Assembly (NCBI GenBank): GCA_033581555.1
Contig: JAVQSZ010000004.1
Span: forward strand, 1 to 64,000
DNA: 64,000 bases
Direction: 5' to 3'
From: Nitrososphaerota archaeon
Lineage (GTDB): Archaea; Thermoproteota; Nitrososphaeria_A; Caldarchaeales; Calditenuaceae
How positions within the stretch are numbered: the stretch's first letter is position 1; each line of letters opens with the position of its first letter. The position numbers were made by a program, and so were the translations under genes. Of the stretch, positions 9,835 through 18,505 are shown in pieces. The notes under the pieces are model-generated. The model saw only the letters and a program-made list of their open reading frames with translations, made no database searches and was not told the DNA's origin.

Positions 9835-10414
9835 TGGGCATCATCAGCCTAGTAGCCGCGTTCAGCAAATATCCGATTGGGTCTCCTGACTCGGGCAACT
9901 TGTAACCTAGAGCGGCCCAGATCAGGAACAGCAACAGGTTCGCGACTACAGCGATTGAGACCCATCGGACGTTCCGCCGCTTGACCCAGGGTGCCAGCAC
10001 GCTGAGGTAGGCTGCCTTGAGCGCTACCCAATCAGCGTTGGGGATGATGTGTTCTGTCAAGGTAGTCCACCCGTAGAGTGCATGCCCTATAGCAACGAAC
10101 GTGAGCTCGTAAATCTCGAACGTCGCGAGTGTCGACGCCCTTGCGACCAGGACGGCCATCACCAGACCCATCAGGCCCCCCACCTGTGTCCAAATGACGA
10201 GAGAAGTCACGAGGAGACCGAGGACCGCCGCCGCTATCGTGAACGCGTAAACGGTAGTCGCGCCGGACCTGAAGACAAGGTTGCCGGCCGCGTCCGATGA
10301 GGGGTTAAGGAGGGCCGACAGGGCGGTCTCATCGTACCATCTGAAGACTGGGATCGAACTCAAGAGGTACGCCCAGTAAACGACCCAAAGAGGCCTAGTC
10401 TGACTATCGCCCAT
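9758..10414 (-). CDS. Hypothetical multi-pass membrane protein
   Basis: Six or so hydrophobic segments; ATG 10414 overlaps the end of the upstream GT2 gene. Confidence 0.65.
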   Translation of the reverse strand: MGDSQTRPLWVVYWAYLLSSIPVFRWYDETALSALLNPSSDAAGNLVFRSGATTVYAFTIAAAVLGLLVTSLVIWTQVGGLMGLVMAVLVARASTLATFEIYELTFVAIGHALYGWTTLTEHIIPNADWVALKAAYLSVLAPWVKRRNVRWVSIAVVANLLLFLIWAALGYKLPESGDPIGYLLNAATRLMMPIIPALLVANRDRRSPNSLSQPDLRS

Positions 10415-12320
10415 CGGTCTCGATAGTCGTCCCACGGACCCTTAAATACGCTCTCAAAAGGAGGGCGAACGCGATTAACCAAAGCAGAAAGAGCAACAGG
10501 GACAGGGGGCTCACGAAGTAGAACGGAGCAGCCTCAGCGATCTGTTCCCTGATCCTCAACAGGCTGTCCTTCAGCTGGTCGAGCCCTTGTTGATACGCGG
10601 AGGAGTCGACGTTCTCCCTCGAGAGGGCGAGCGCCAACCCCTTCAGGCCCATTAAGTCCTTAGTTATCAGGCCGAAGTCCGTTCTCGGTGTAGGGAAGAT
10701 CCAGACTGGGTTCCCCTCGCGCGGCAGTATCTCGAGGGCCCTCTCCATGTAATCGACTATCTCCTCTGCGCTGGAACTAGAGGCCGCTCTCACGATGTAG
10801 GCGTTGGCTATGTCGAGCCTGTAGTACGTCTGAGAGTACCCGATTACGGTGACAGCGATGCCTAGGGTCAGCATACCGAGTATCAGGTACCTCAGTAACC
10901 GCACCCTGCCTCCTGACCTTCTCCTAGGAGTTGGTGCGTGGGTTATGGAAAGGGACCCAGCGTATATCAGGGATGCACCAGCGATGGTCAGATAGAAGGT
11001 GTAACCGTACATTAGCTTGAGCACCGATATAAGCGCCGCTATCAGGAGAACCACCCCCAAGGCCAGCTCGAGGTACGACTGCGCGTCGAAGGGCAGCACG
11101 TAGTTCTTACCTTTCCACTCTCCTTCACCGAACTTCGGGGTCCTCTGGAACGTCCTCTTCCTCCCCAAGAGGGCGTCGATGACCGCGAGAGAGTTGTTAA
11201 CTGTCATGGAGGTTACGAAGAGCAGCATGTGGGGGAAATCGTGGAGACCGGAAGCTCTGAACTTGACCGCGACGAGTGCCGCGCTCACGAGGGCCCAAGC
11301 CGCGGCTGAGGGGGCGGCAACGGTGTACACGTTGAGCAGCAAAGCTATAGGTGTGAGAGCGAGAACTGCGAGGAACAACAAGTAAGGGACGTGCCTCGTT
11401 AGGTGAAGGATAGCTTGAAGCTTCACGGCTGCTTTCACGTCGGACTTCAGTATCGATAGGAGGTGCTCTTTTGCGACCTCTATCGCCCCGTACGCCCACC
11501 TGTACTGTTGCCTCTTAGCAGCTTGGATCTGAGGAGGGACTTCACCTGGACACGCGGGTTCACCGATGTAGACAACTTTCCACCCCATCAGCTGTGCTCT
11601 CACGCTGAGTTCAAGGTCCTCTGCGAGGAAACTTCGCCACCCACCAGCCTTGACCACGCAGTCCTTTCGCCAGACGCCGGCGGTGCCGTTGAAGTTGAGG
11701 AAGAGTGAAGCTGCAGATCTGGCCTTTTGCTCCACTTCGAAGTGAAGGTCTAGGTTTAGAGCCTGACCTCTGGTGAGCGTCGAGTGACGACGGTTAATGT
11801 GTTCCCATCTCACCTGCACAACTCCTTTCCTCTCATCTACGAGGAGGTGTTCAAGAGCTTTCTTCAGGAAGTCTCGTGGTGGGACGAAGTCCGCGTCGAA
11901 TATCGCCACGAATTCACCTCGGGTCATATTAAGCGCTGCTTGTAGAGCTCCGGCCTTGAAACCCTCCCTACTCGGTCGCTTGAGGTGGATGAACTCGATG
12001 CCCTCTCGAGACTTTTCGTTGATGGTTTTCTCGATGATCTCAGATGTGTCATCAGTTGAGTCGTCAACGATGATCACTTGAAGCTTGTCACGAGGATAAT
12101 CTAAATTAGAAACAGCCTCTATCAACCTCCCTATTACGTATCTTTCATTATAAACCGGTATGTGAATCGAGACTACGGGCCACTCCTCAACATTGACCGT
12201 CGTGAGATCATTTCGCTTCCTGAAAGAGAGGAGAGCGAGGTAAACGTAGTTCAGTAAGTATACGTTAGCTATCACACCCATAACGACTATGCTGAAGCCG
12301 ACTACCTCTGGCAAACCCAT
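10404..12320 (-). CDS. Family 2 glycosyltransferase, cellulose-synthase-like, with C-terminal membrane-anchored extension
   Basis: IPVYNE, DDSTD, FKAGAL, FDADF, LAED and QQYRW (QxxRW) motifs; multiple TM helices. Confidence 0.92.
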   Translation of the reverse strand: MGLPEVVGFSIVVMGVIANVYLLNYVYLALLSFRKRNDLTTVNVEEWPVVSIHIPVYNERYVIGRLIEAVSNLDYPRDKLQVIIVDDSTDDTSEIIEKTINEKSREGIEFIHLKRPSREGFKAGALQAALNMTRGEFVAIFDADFVPPRDFLKKALEHLLVDERKGVVQVRWEHINRRHSTLTRGQALNLDLHFEVEQKARSAASLFLNFNGTAGVWRKDCVVKAGGWRSFLAEDLELSVRAQLMGWKVVYIGEPACPGEVPPQIQAAKRQQYRWAYGAIEVAKEHLLSILKSDVKAAVKLQAILHLTRHVPYLLFLAVLALTPIALLLNVYTVAAPSAAAWALVSAALVAVKFRASGLHDFPHMLLFVTSMTVNNSLAVIDALLGRKRTFQRTPKFGEGEWKGKNYVLPFDAQSYLELALGVVLLIAALISVLKLMYGYTFYLTIAGASLIYAGSLSITHAPTPRRRSGGRVRLLRYLILGMLTLGIAVTVIGYSQTYYRLDIANAYIVRAASSSSAEEIVDYMERALEILPREGNPVWIFPTPRTDFGLITKDLMGLKGLALALSRENVDSSAYQQGLDQLKDSLLRIREQIAEAAPFYFVSPLSLLLFLLWLIAFALLLRAYLRVRGTTIETDGR

Positions 12321-12761
12321 GTCGAGCTCACCTTGCACATTAAAGCGATAGAGCTCGCGTCGGTTGTGTCCTCGGACGTCTCTCTTTCACCTGCTAATTA
12401 CGCTATCGCGTTGGTTAAAAATGTTGATGAAAACTCGTAACCATTCATTCGGGCTCTGATCGTGAACTTCACTCATGGACTGCTGCTCTGCACCTCTCGC
12501 ACACTTAGCGCCTTTCGGAGACGTCCTCTGCCAAATAGAGGTCCTCGTACTCAAGCGACGGGTTGCATCCTATGACCAGTAACTTGACCGGTACTCGACT
12601 GAAACGGTGACATAACACCTAGTCATCGAGGTGCTGACGTACGCGTCTTTGAAGTGGCGATGTGCTGCTCGCCATAGAGGATCCCGAGACCACCATCACG
12701 GGGAGAGGTCGAGAGGACAGACACTTATTGGGAGGTTCAGAGCATTAGTCGAGGCCGAGAA

Positions 12762-13931
12762 TTGGTGAAGCTGATCAGGTTCTTCGCACCGAGGGGACTG
12801 AGACTAAAGAGGGCTGAGGGTCAGTACGTCTGGGACGCGGCTGGGCGCAGGTACCTCGACTACCACACCGGTAACGGTGCCGCGCTGCTCGGGCACCTGA
12901 ACCGTTACGTGGTGAGGAGGCTGATGGAGCAGCTAGAGGGGGTTATGGTCCTCCCGCCGCTCTACGAGAGCGACGTCCTCGACGAAGCCTTGAGCGCCCT
13001 CGACCGGATCCTCCCCAACCACCTCGGCAACGTCTTCTTCCAGAACTCGGGGAGTGAGGCAGTTGAGCTAGCCCTCAAGATGGCAAGGAAGAGGACGAGG
13101 AGGAGGAAGCTGGTCGCGTTCACCGGCTCCTTCCACGGCAGGACCTTCGGGGCCCTCTCCGTGACGTTCAACAAGACCTATCGCGAGGGGTACGACCCGT
13201 TCCCCTTCGAGGTGGAGTTCCTGCCCTTCAACGACGCCCAGCAGCTCTCGAGGATCGGAGAGGACGCAGCGGCCGCGATCGTCGAGCCCGTTCAAGGCGA
13301 GGGCGGCCTCACGCCCGCGAAGCCGGAGTTCCTCCGGGAGTTGGAGAGGAGGTGCAGGGAGGTCGGAGCCTACCTGATAGTCGACGAGGTCCAGTCGGGC
13401 TTCGGGAGGACCGGCGCGGTCTGGGCGCACTCGGAGTCGGGGATCAGGCCTGACGTTCTGGTCGCGGGCAAGTCGATCGGCGGCGGCTTCCCGGTCAGCG
13501 TCGTCGCGGTCACAGACGAGATCGCCCTGAAGGTCGAGGACGGCGAGCACGGCTCCACCCACGGCGGGAACCCTCTGGCCCTAGCTGCGGTGGTCGGGGG
13601 CATAGAGGCGCTGATCGGCGAGAACGTCCCCGAGAGGGCGGGAAGGGTCGGATCGACGCTCACGGACGGGCTCAGGGAGGTCGCGGCGCAGAACCCTAAA
13701 GTGGTCAGGGCGGTCAAGGGGAAGGGACTGATGATCGGCCTTGAGCTGCGGTTCAGTCCCTCTCAGGTCATCAAGGAGCTCCAGTCGAGGGGCCTCCTCT
13801 CCCTCAAGGCCGGGACGACGGTCCTCAGGTTCCTCCCTCCCTACGTGATCACCGAGGAGGACGTCGCCTGGAGCGTTAGGGTCGTGGACGAGGTGCTGAA
13901 GTCGTACCGGGAGGACGCATCATGGACCTGA
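12762..13931 (+). CDS. lysJ: Class III aminotransferase, [LysW]-aminoadipate semialdehyde/acetylornithine transaminase
   Basis: NSGSEAVE, SFHGRTFG, EPVQGEGG, DEVQSGFGRTG, GKSIGGG, HGSTHGGNP. Confidence 0.8.
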   Translation: MVKLIRFFAPRGLRLKRAEGQYVWDAAGRRYLDYHTGNGAALLGHLNRYVVRRLMEQLEGVMVLPPLYESDVLDEALSALDRILPNHLGNVFFQNSGSEAVELALKMARKRTRRRKLVAFTGSFHGRTFGALSVTFNKTYREGYDPFPFEVEFLPFNDAQQLSRIGEDAAAAIVEPVQGEGGLTPAKPEFLRELERRCREVGAYLIVDEVQSGFGRTGAVWAHSESGIRPDVLVAGKSIGGGFPVSVVAVTDEIALKVEDGEHGSTHGGNPLALAAVVGGIEALIGENVPERAGRVGSTLTDGLREVAAQNPKVVRAVKGKGLMIGLELRFSPSQVIKELQSRGLLSLKAGTTVLRFLPPYVITEEDVAWSVRVVDEVLKSYREDASWT

Positions 13932-13964
13932 AACTTCTTATATCATGTGACGGGATTCCAGACG

Positions 13965-15641
13965 ATGACCGAGTTCGATAGAAAGTGCGACGCCCTGATC
14001 GTCGGGAGCGGGGCTGCTGCGCTGGTGGGCGCGCTGGTGGTGAAGGTCGCTGGCTTCGAGCCCCTGGTCGTCGAGAAGACGGAGCTCGTGGGAGGGTCGA
14101 GTGCGATGTCTGGGGGCGGACTCTGGATCCCCAACAACCCGATCATGAGGGAGCTCGGGTACGAGGACTCGTTCGAGAGGGCGCTTACTTACCTCAACGC
14201 CGTCGTCCCCGAGGCAGGGATGGCAACGTCTCCCGAGAGGATCAGGGCGTTCCTCGAGAACGGGCCTGCGATGGTCAGCTTCCTCAGAGACCTCGGTTTC
14301 AGGTGGAGGGCCGCGATCGGCTACCCAGACTACTACCCTGAGAGGCCCGGAGGGTCCGTTACGGGCAGGAGCCTTGAGGGCGCGGTCTTCGACGGAAATA
14401 AGCTCGGCGAGTGGTCGAAGAGGTTGAGGAGGTACCCCGGCGCGCCTCCCCTGCCGATCCACATCACCGATGCGGCGAAGCTCTACCTGATGCTCCGGAC
14501 CGCTTCAGGCTTCGCGACCGCCCTAAAGGTCGGGCTGAAGGCCGCGGGCTACAGGCTAATGGGAAAAGCACCTCTGACGCTCGGCAACTCGCTCGTCGGG
14601 CAGCTCCTCTGGCTCTGCCTACAGAGGAACGTCGAGATCTGGCTCGAGAGCCCAGTCGTCGACCTGATCGAGTCGGACGGCAGGATCGTCGGTGCGGTCG
14701 TCAGAAGGGAGGGGAGGCTGGTCCGGGTCGGCGCCAGGGGAGGCGTGCTGGTCGCGAGCGGCGGCTTCGAGCGGAGCCAGTCGATGAGGGAGAGGTACCT
14801 GCCCAAGCCGACCGACGCGAGGTGGACCGTGGGTTCTCCGGGGAACACGGGCGAGATGATCGAGGTCGCTCAGAGGCACGGCGCTCAGGTAGCCCTGATG
14901 GACAAGGCCTGGGGAGGTCCTGTGATGATCACGCCCAAGGGCGAGACCTCGTTCGTGCTCGCGGAGAGGTCGCTTCCGTTCGGGCTCATCGTCGACTCCT
15001 CAGGAGAGCGCTTCATGAACGAGTCCGCCTCCTACGTCGACTGCTGGAGGGCCCAGTACGAGAGGCACAGGAAGGTGAGCGCGATACCCGCTTGGCTGAT
15101 CATCGACTCCAGGCACAGGTCCTATTACCTCTTCGGGACGCTCCCCCCGGGACGGACCCCCGAGTCGGCGACTGGCCCCGGTTTCCTGATGAGGACTAGA
15201 ACGCTGCGAGAGCTCGCGGAGAAGACCGGCGTCGACCCGCAAGGGCTCGAGTCGACCGTGAGGAGGTTCAACGCGATGGCTAGGGCGGGAAGGGACGAGG
15301 ACTTCGGGAGAGGCGACAGCGCCTACGACCGCTACTACAGCGACCCGAGGGTCAAGCCGAACCCGAACCTCGGCCCCATCGAGAGACCTCCCTTCTACGC
15401 GACCGCGATCTACCCCGGAGACCTTGGGACGCTAGGAGGGCTGCTCACCGACGAGTTCGGCAGGGTCCTCCACGTCGACGGCCACCCGATCGAGGGGCTC
15501 TACGCCGCGGGCAACGCGTCGGCCTCTCCGTTCGGCGGGACCTATCCGGGTCCGGGCTCGACGCTCGGGCCGGCCTGCACGTTCGCCTACATCGCGATGA
15601 GGCACCTCGTCGAGAAGCTGAAGTCCAAGGCCGGCTCCTGA
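13965..15641 (+). CDS. FAD-dependent oxidoreductase of the 3-ketosteroid Delta1-dehydrogenase (KstD) family
   Basis: GSGAAA, EKTELVGGSSAMSGGGLWIPNN, YPDYYPERPGG, RFMNESASY, GDLGTLGG, GLYAAGN, TYPGPGSTLGPA; ATG 13965 follows TTATAT at 13938. Confidence 0.85.
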   Translation: MTEFDRKCDALIVGSGAAALVGALVVKVAGFEPLVVEKTELVGGSSAMSGGGLWIPNNPIMRELGYEDSFERALTYLNAVVPEAGMATSPERIRAFLENGPAMVSFLRDLGFRWRAAIGYPDYYPERPGGSVTGRSLEGAVFDGNKLGEWSKRLRRYPGAPPLPIHITDAAKLYLMLRTASGFATALKVGLKAAGYRLMGKAPLTLGNSLVGQLLWLCLQRNVEIWLESPVVDLIESDGRIVGAVVRREGRLVRVGARGGVLVASGGFERSQSMRERYLPKPTDARWTVGSPGNTGEMIEVAQRHGAQVALMDKAWGGPVMITPKGETSFVLAERSLPFGLIVDSSGERFMNESASYVDCWRAQYERHRKVSAIPAWLIIDSRHRSYYLFGTLPPGRTPESATGPGFLMRTRTLRELAEKTGVDPQGLESTVRRFNAMARAGRDEDFGRGDSAYDRYYSDPRVKPNPNLGPIERPPFYATAIYPGDLGTLGGLLTDEFGRVLHVDGHPIEGLYAAGNASASPFGGTYPGPGSTLGPACTFAYIAMRHLVEKLKSKAGS

Positions 15642-15777
15642 CTTCTCTGGGCAGCGTCCCCGCTACCGAACGCGTCCAGCCGGTCGTCAGCGGCTCGAAC
15701 CCGGTCCCACGCGCGGTCTGACTGAGGGCTAGGACCAGAGTAGCGGTGAAATAGCCCCATTAGGCGTACGTGTCGAG

Positions 15778-16611
15778 TTGCGGTCGGTGCTGCTGCTCCC
15801 GTTGGTCCTCACAGCGGTGCTCTGGACTGCGCTGTACCTCTTCGCGCCTCCGCCCGAGCCGCCGATCCCCGCGGTCCCTCCATTCGTGACGGTCGCGGAG
15901 CCCGAGGTGATGCCGGAGGCCTCCCCTGCGCCCTACGTCAACGCCCTCGTCCTGATGGGCTCCATCGCAGCTCTCGGGACGCTCCTCGTGGTCCTCCTCC
16001 TCAGGTTCCCCAGGGCGGCCGAAATCCTCGCGGCGGTCGCATACTTCCTCGTGACCTCGCTCTCAGCCCTCTACCTCGTCGCGTCGTCCGGGCTGCTGGT
16101 CCAGGTGCCCGACTCGGTGGCGCTCTCTGCGATCTTCGGCGTCTCGGTCGCGGCGACCTACGCGGTGAGGAGGACAACAGGACTCCTCGCGGCGCTCTCC
16201 GCCTCCCTGACGGGGGCCATGGGCGGCATCGTCGTGGCCTCTGTCATCCCTCCGGTCACGTCGATCGTCCTCCTCGGGTCCTTCGCGGCCTTCGACGCGC
16301 TGATGGTCTGGAAGGGGTACCTCTCCGCGCTTCGCAGGCCTGAAGTCGGCGAGAGGGTCAGGGGTCTGAAGGGGATGGTCGTGGAGCTCGACAGCGCGAC
16401 GGTCGGGCTGGGCGACTTGCTGTTCTACTCGATCGCGGTCTCGGTCGCCTTCAGGCACGTGGGCCCTCTGGCCGCAGCGGCGGTGAACGTCGCAGTGGTC
16501 GCGGGATACTACCTGACGATCGCGATGTTGAGGAGGTGGGAGCAGGTCCCGGGATTGACGGTCCCGCTCGGGCTGGCCTCGGTCATCCTGATCGCGCTAT
16601 GGTTCTCCTGA
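15778..16611 (+). CDS. Presenilin/signal peptide peptidase-like intramembrane aspartyl protease (A22)
   Basis: About 9 TMs, FD in TM6, GLGD in TM7, PAL-like VPGL motif. Confidence 0.8.
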   Translation: MRSVLLLPLVLTAVLWTALYLFAPPPEPPIPAVPPFVTVAEPEVMPEASPAPYVNALVLMGSIAALGTLLVVLLLRFPRAAEILAAVAYFLVTSLSALYLVASSGLLVQVPDSVALSAIFGVSVAATYAVRRTTGLLAALSASLTGAMGGIVVASVIPPVTSIVLLGSFAAFDALMVWKGYLSALRRPEVGERVRGLKGMVVELDSATVGLGDLLFYSIAVSVAFRHVGPLAAAAVNVAVVAGYYLTIAMLRRWEQVPGLTVPLGLASVILIALWFS

Positions 16612-17800
16612 CCTCCTCTAAGTATCTCTCCTGGTCTCCAGTCGCTGAGGCCCCGATGGCGCGCCTTGAGGCGTAGATCGCAGCCCCGACCGCGTAGTGG
16701 AGGTCAGGGCACGAACCCGCTAGGACGGCCGCCAGACCGACCATGGCGCCCATCGTGAAGTCGTCGCGGTGCTCGGTCTCGATCCAATTGGCCTTCAGAT
16801 GGTCGCCAGAGCAGAAGGCGTCGGAGCCTCCCAACCTCCAGACCGCCCTGCCGAGCTCCCTCGACCTCGACCTAACGGCCCTTAACGACTCCTCGGGCCG
16901 CGCGCCGGGCCCTTCCGACCGCTCAAGGAGGACGTCGCCACTTCGGGCTGTCTCGCCGAACGCGAAGCCGACGCCACCGGCCTCGACCCTGAAGGACTTG
17001 GACTCGACCGCTTCGACCCTCACGCCGAGCAGGGACGCAGCAGCGACGACGCCATCGGAAAAGCGGCCTCCGAGTCCTTGAACCCTCACCTCCGTTCCCT
17101 TCGGGAGGGCCCTCGCGGCTACGGCGACGTCGCCTGGGCCCGCGATCACCTCGGCCTCCGGGGGCGCGCCTATAGGCCTGATCGCGATCGTCCCGGCCCT
17201 CACCTTGCCGGCGAAGGGCTTGAGGCCGTGCAGACATATCGTGTGGTCGGCCCTGACGAAGAGCCCGCCCTCAGCGGTGTCCGGGTTCAGGCCAGAGGGC
17301 ACGTCGACCGAATAGACCCGGGCCCTCGAGGAGTTCACCGCCTCGATCGCGCTCCTGTAGGGCTCCCTGATCCCGCCCTTCACGCCGGTGCCGAAGAGCC
17401 CGTCGATCACGACGTCCGCGACCTCGATCGCCTTCCTCGCGTCCTCGCCCAGCGACTCGCCGGCGACGACGATCACCTCGACGGTCAGCCTCATCGACGT
17501 CAGGGGCCTGAAGGAGTCCCTCGCCTCCTCGGTCCTCGGGAAGCCCTCCCTCGAGATCAGCACAACCGTCAGCGACCCGCAGAGCCCAGCCAGGTGACGG
17601 GCCGCTACGAGCGCGTCTCCGCCGTTGTTCCCGGGCCCTGCCAGGACCACGACCCTCTTCCCCCTCAGGCTCCCCTCCTGCTCGATGACGTACTCCGCGA
17701 CCGCCCTTCCCGAGTTCTCCATCAGCGTCCTCCTCGAGACCCCCAGGTACTCCGAGTTCAGGTCGACGACCTCGATGTCAACTGACCTGTAGGCCCTCAA
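16583..17800 (-). CDS. nnrE: NAD(P)H-hydrate epimerase (YjeF-N) with a divergent C-terminal extension
   Basis: LMENSG, GPGNNGGD, DGLFGTG, SVDVPSG; TTG start at 17800 overlaps the upstream TGA. Confidence 0.85.
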   Translation of the reverse strand: MRAYRSVDIEVVDLNSEYLGVSRRTLMENSGRAVAEYVIEQEGSLRGKRVVVLAGPGNNGGDALVAARHLAGLCGSLTVVLISREGFPRTEEARDSFRPLTSMRLTVEVIVVAGESLGEDARKAIEVADVVIDGLFGTGVKGGIREPYRSAIEAVNSSRARVYSVDVPSGLNPDTAEGGLFVRADHTICLHGLKPFAGKVRAGTIAIRPIGAPPEAEVIAGPGDVAVAARALPKGTEVRVQGLGGRFSDGVVAAASLLGVRVEAVESKSFRVEAGGVGFAFGETARSGDVLLERSEGPGARPEESLRAVRSRSRELGRAVWRLGGSDAFCSGDHLKANWIETEHRDDFTMGAMVGLAAVLAGSCPDLHYAVGAAIYASRRAIGASATGDQERYLEEVRRTIARSG

Positions 17801-18468
17801 GCCCCGGGAGATCCGGCCCGGCCCGAGTTTAACTGTCGCCTCCTCGTCCCGAGGACCTCGTCGAGGTTCCTCAGGACCTCCCTCAGACCCCCGGCTCTGT
17901 AGTGTCCGACGAAGGCCTCCCAATCGACCCTTAGGATGACGAAGGTGATGACCGAGAGGGCCGCGATCGCGACGACGAACCCAACCGTGTTCCCGAAGGT
18001 CGTCTCGAAGACCGTCATGTAGATCCCTCCCGCGTAAGCGACGAACGTGGCCAGCACCACTTTACCCGCCGCGTTGGCGAGCATGAACCTCCATAGCTTC
18101 ATCCTCATCAGCCCCGCGGGGATGTAGTAGACGTCGTCGGGTAGGGGGGTCAGGGCGAAGAGGAAGACCGCGAGGTCCCCGTACCTCCCGATGAACTCCC
18201 TCAGCGACTCCATCTGCCTCTTCTTCTCCGCGCCGAGGAACCTATATCCGAGCCTGCCGAGCGCGTAGGAGGTGAGTTTCCCAATCGCGCCTCCTATGCC
18301 CGAGGAGAGGCCGAGCATGACCGGGTCCAGCGTCCTGCTGAGCAACACCACTACGAACAGGTACGGCAGGGGGAGGAACGGGATGAGGCTCCCGACGAGG
18401 GATATCCCGAAGACGCCGAGGTACCCGTAGCTCTCCGCGACCCTCCGCATCAGCTCGACTACGTCCAG
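17797..18468 (-). CDS. DedA/VTT (SNARE-associated) family membrane protein
   Basis: YGYLGVF, GGAIGKLTSYALGR, FALTPLPDD, GKVV; start either ATG 18450 or CTG 18468. Confidence 0.85.
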   Translation of the reverse strand: MDVVELMRRVAESYGYLGVFGISLVGSLIPFLPLPYLFVVVLLSRTLDPVMLGLSSGIGGAIGKLTSYALGRLGYRFLGAEKKRQMESLREFIGRYGDLAVFLFALTPLPDDVYYIPAGLMRMKLWRFMLANAAGKVVLATFVAYAGGIYMTVFETTFGNTVGFVVAIAALSVITFVILRVDWEAFVGHYRAGGLREVLRNLDEVLGTRRRQLNSGRAGSPGA

Positions 18469-18505
18469 CCCCTCTCACCGCTCCCCTCTTCCGCCCCCTC
18501 GGCCC

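Larger units (their letters stand above)
5200..12740. mobile_element. Compositionally atypical (lower-GC) gene island, probably horizontally acquired; no mobility gene seen
   Basis: Abrupt shift to A/T-richer sequence and codon usage between guaB and lysJ; boundaries approximate. Confidence 0.6.

Noticed and set aside
12424-12459. TTGATGA...CTGA C/D-like pair in the long intergenic region at the island edge
   Set aside because: Only about 36 nt with no internal D'/C' boxes; too short and too close to the adjacent TATA-like sequence
15685-15710. GGCTCGAACCCG resembling a tRNA T-loop remnant (possible att site) after the KstD-like gene
   Set aside because: No T-stem or acceptor pairing and no matching repeat seen elsewhere in the window
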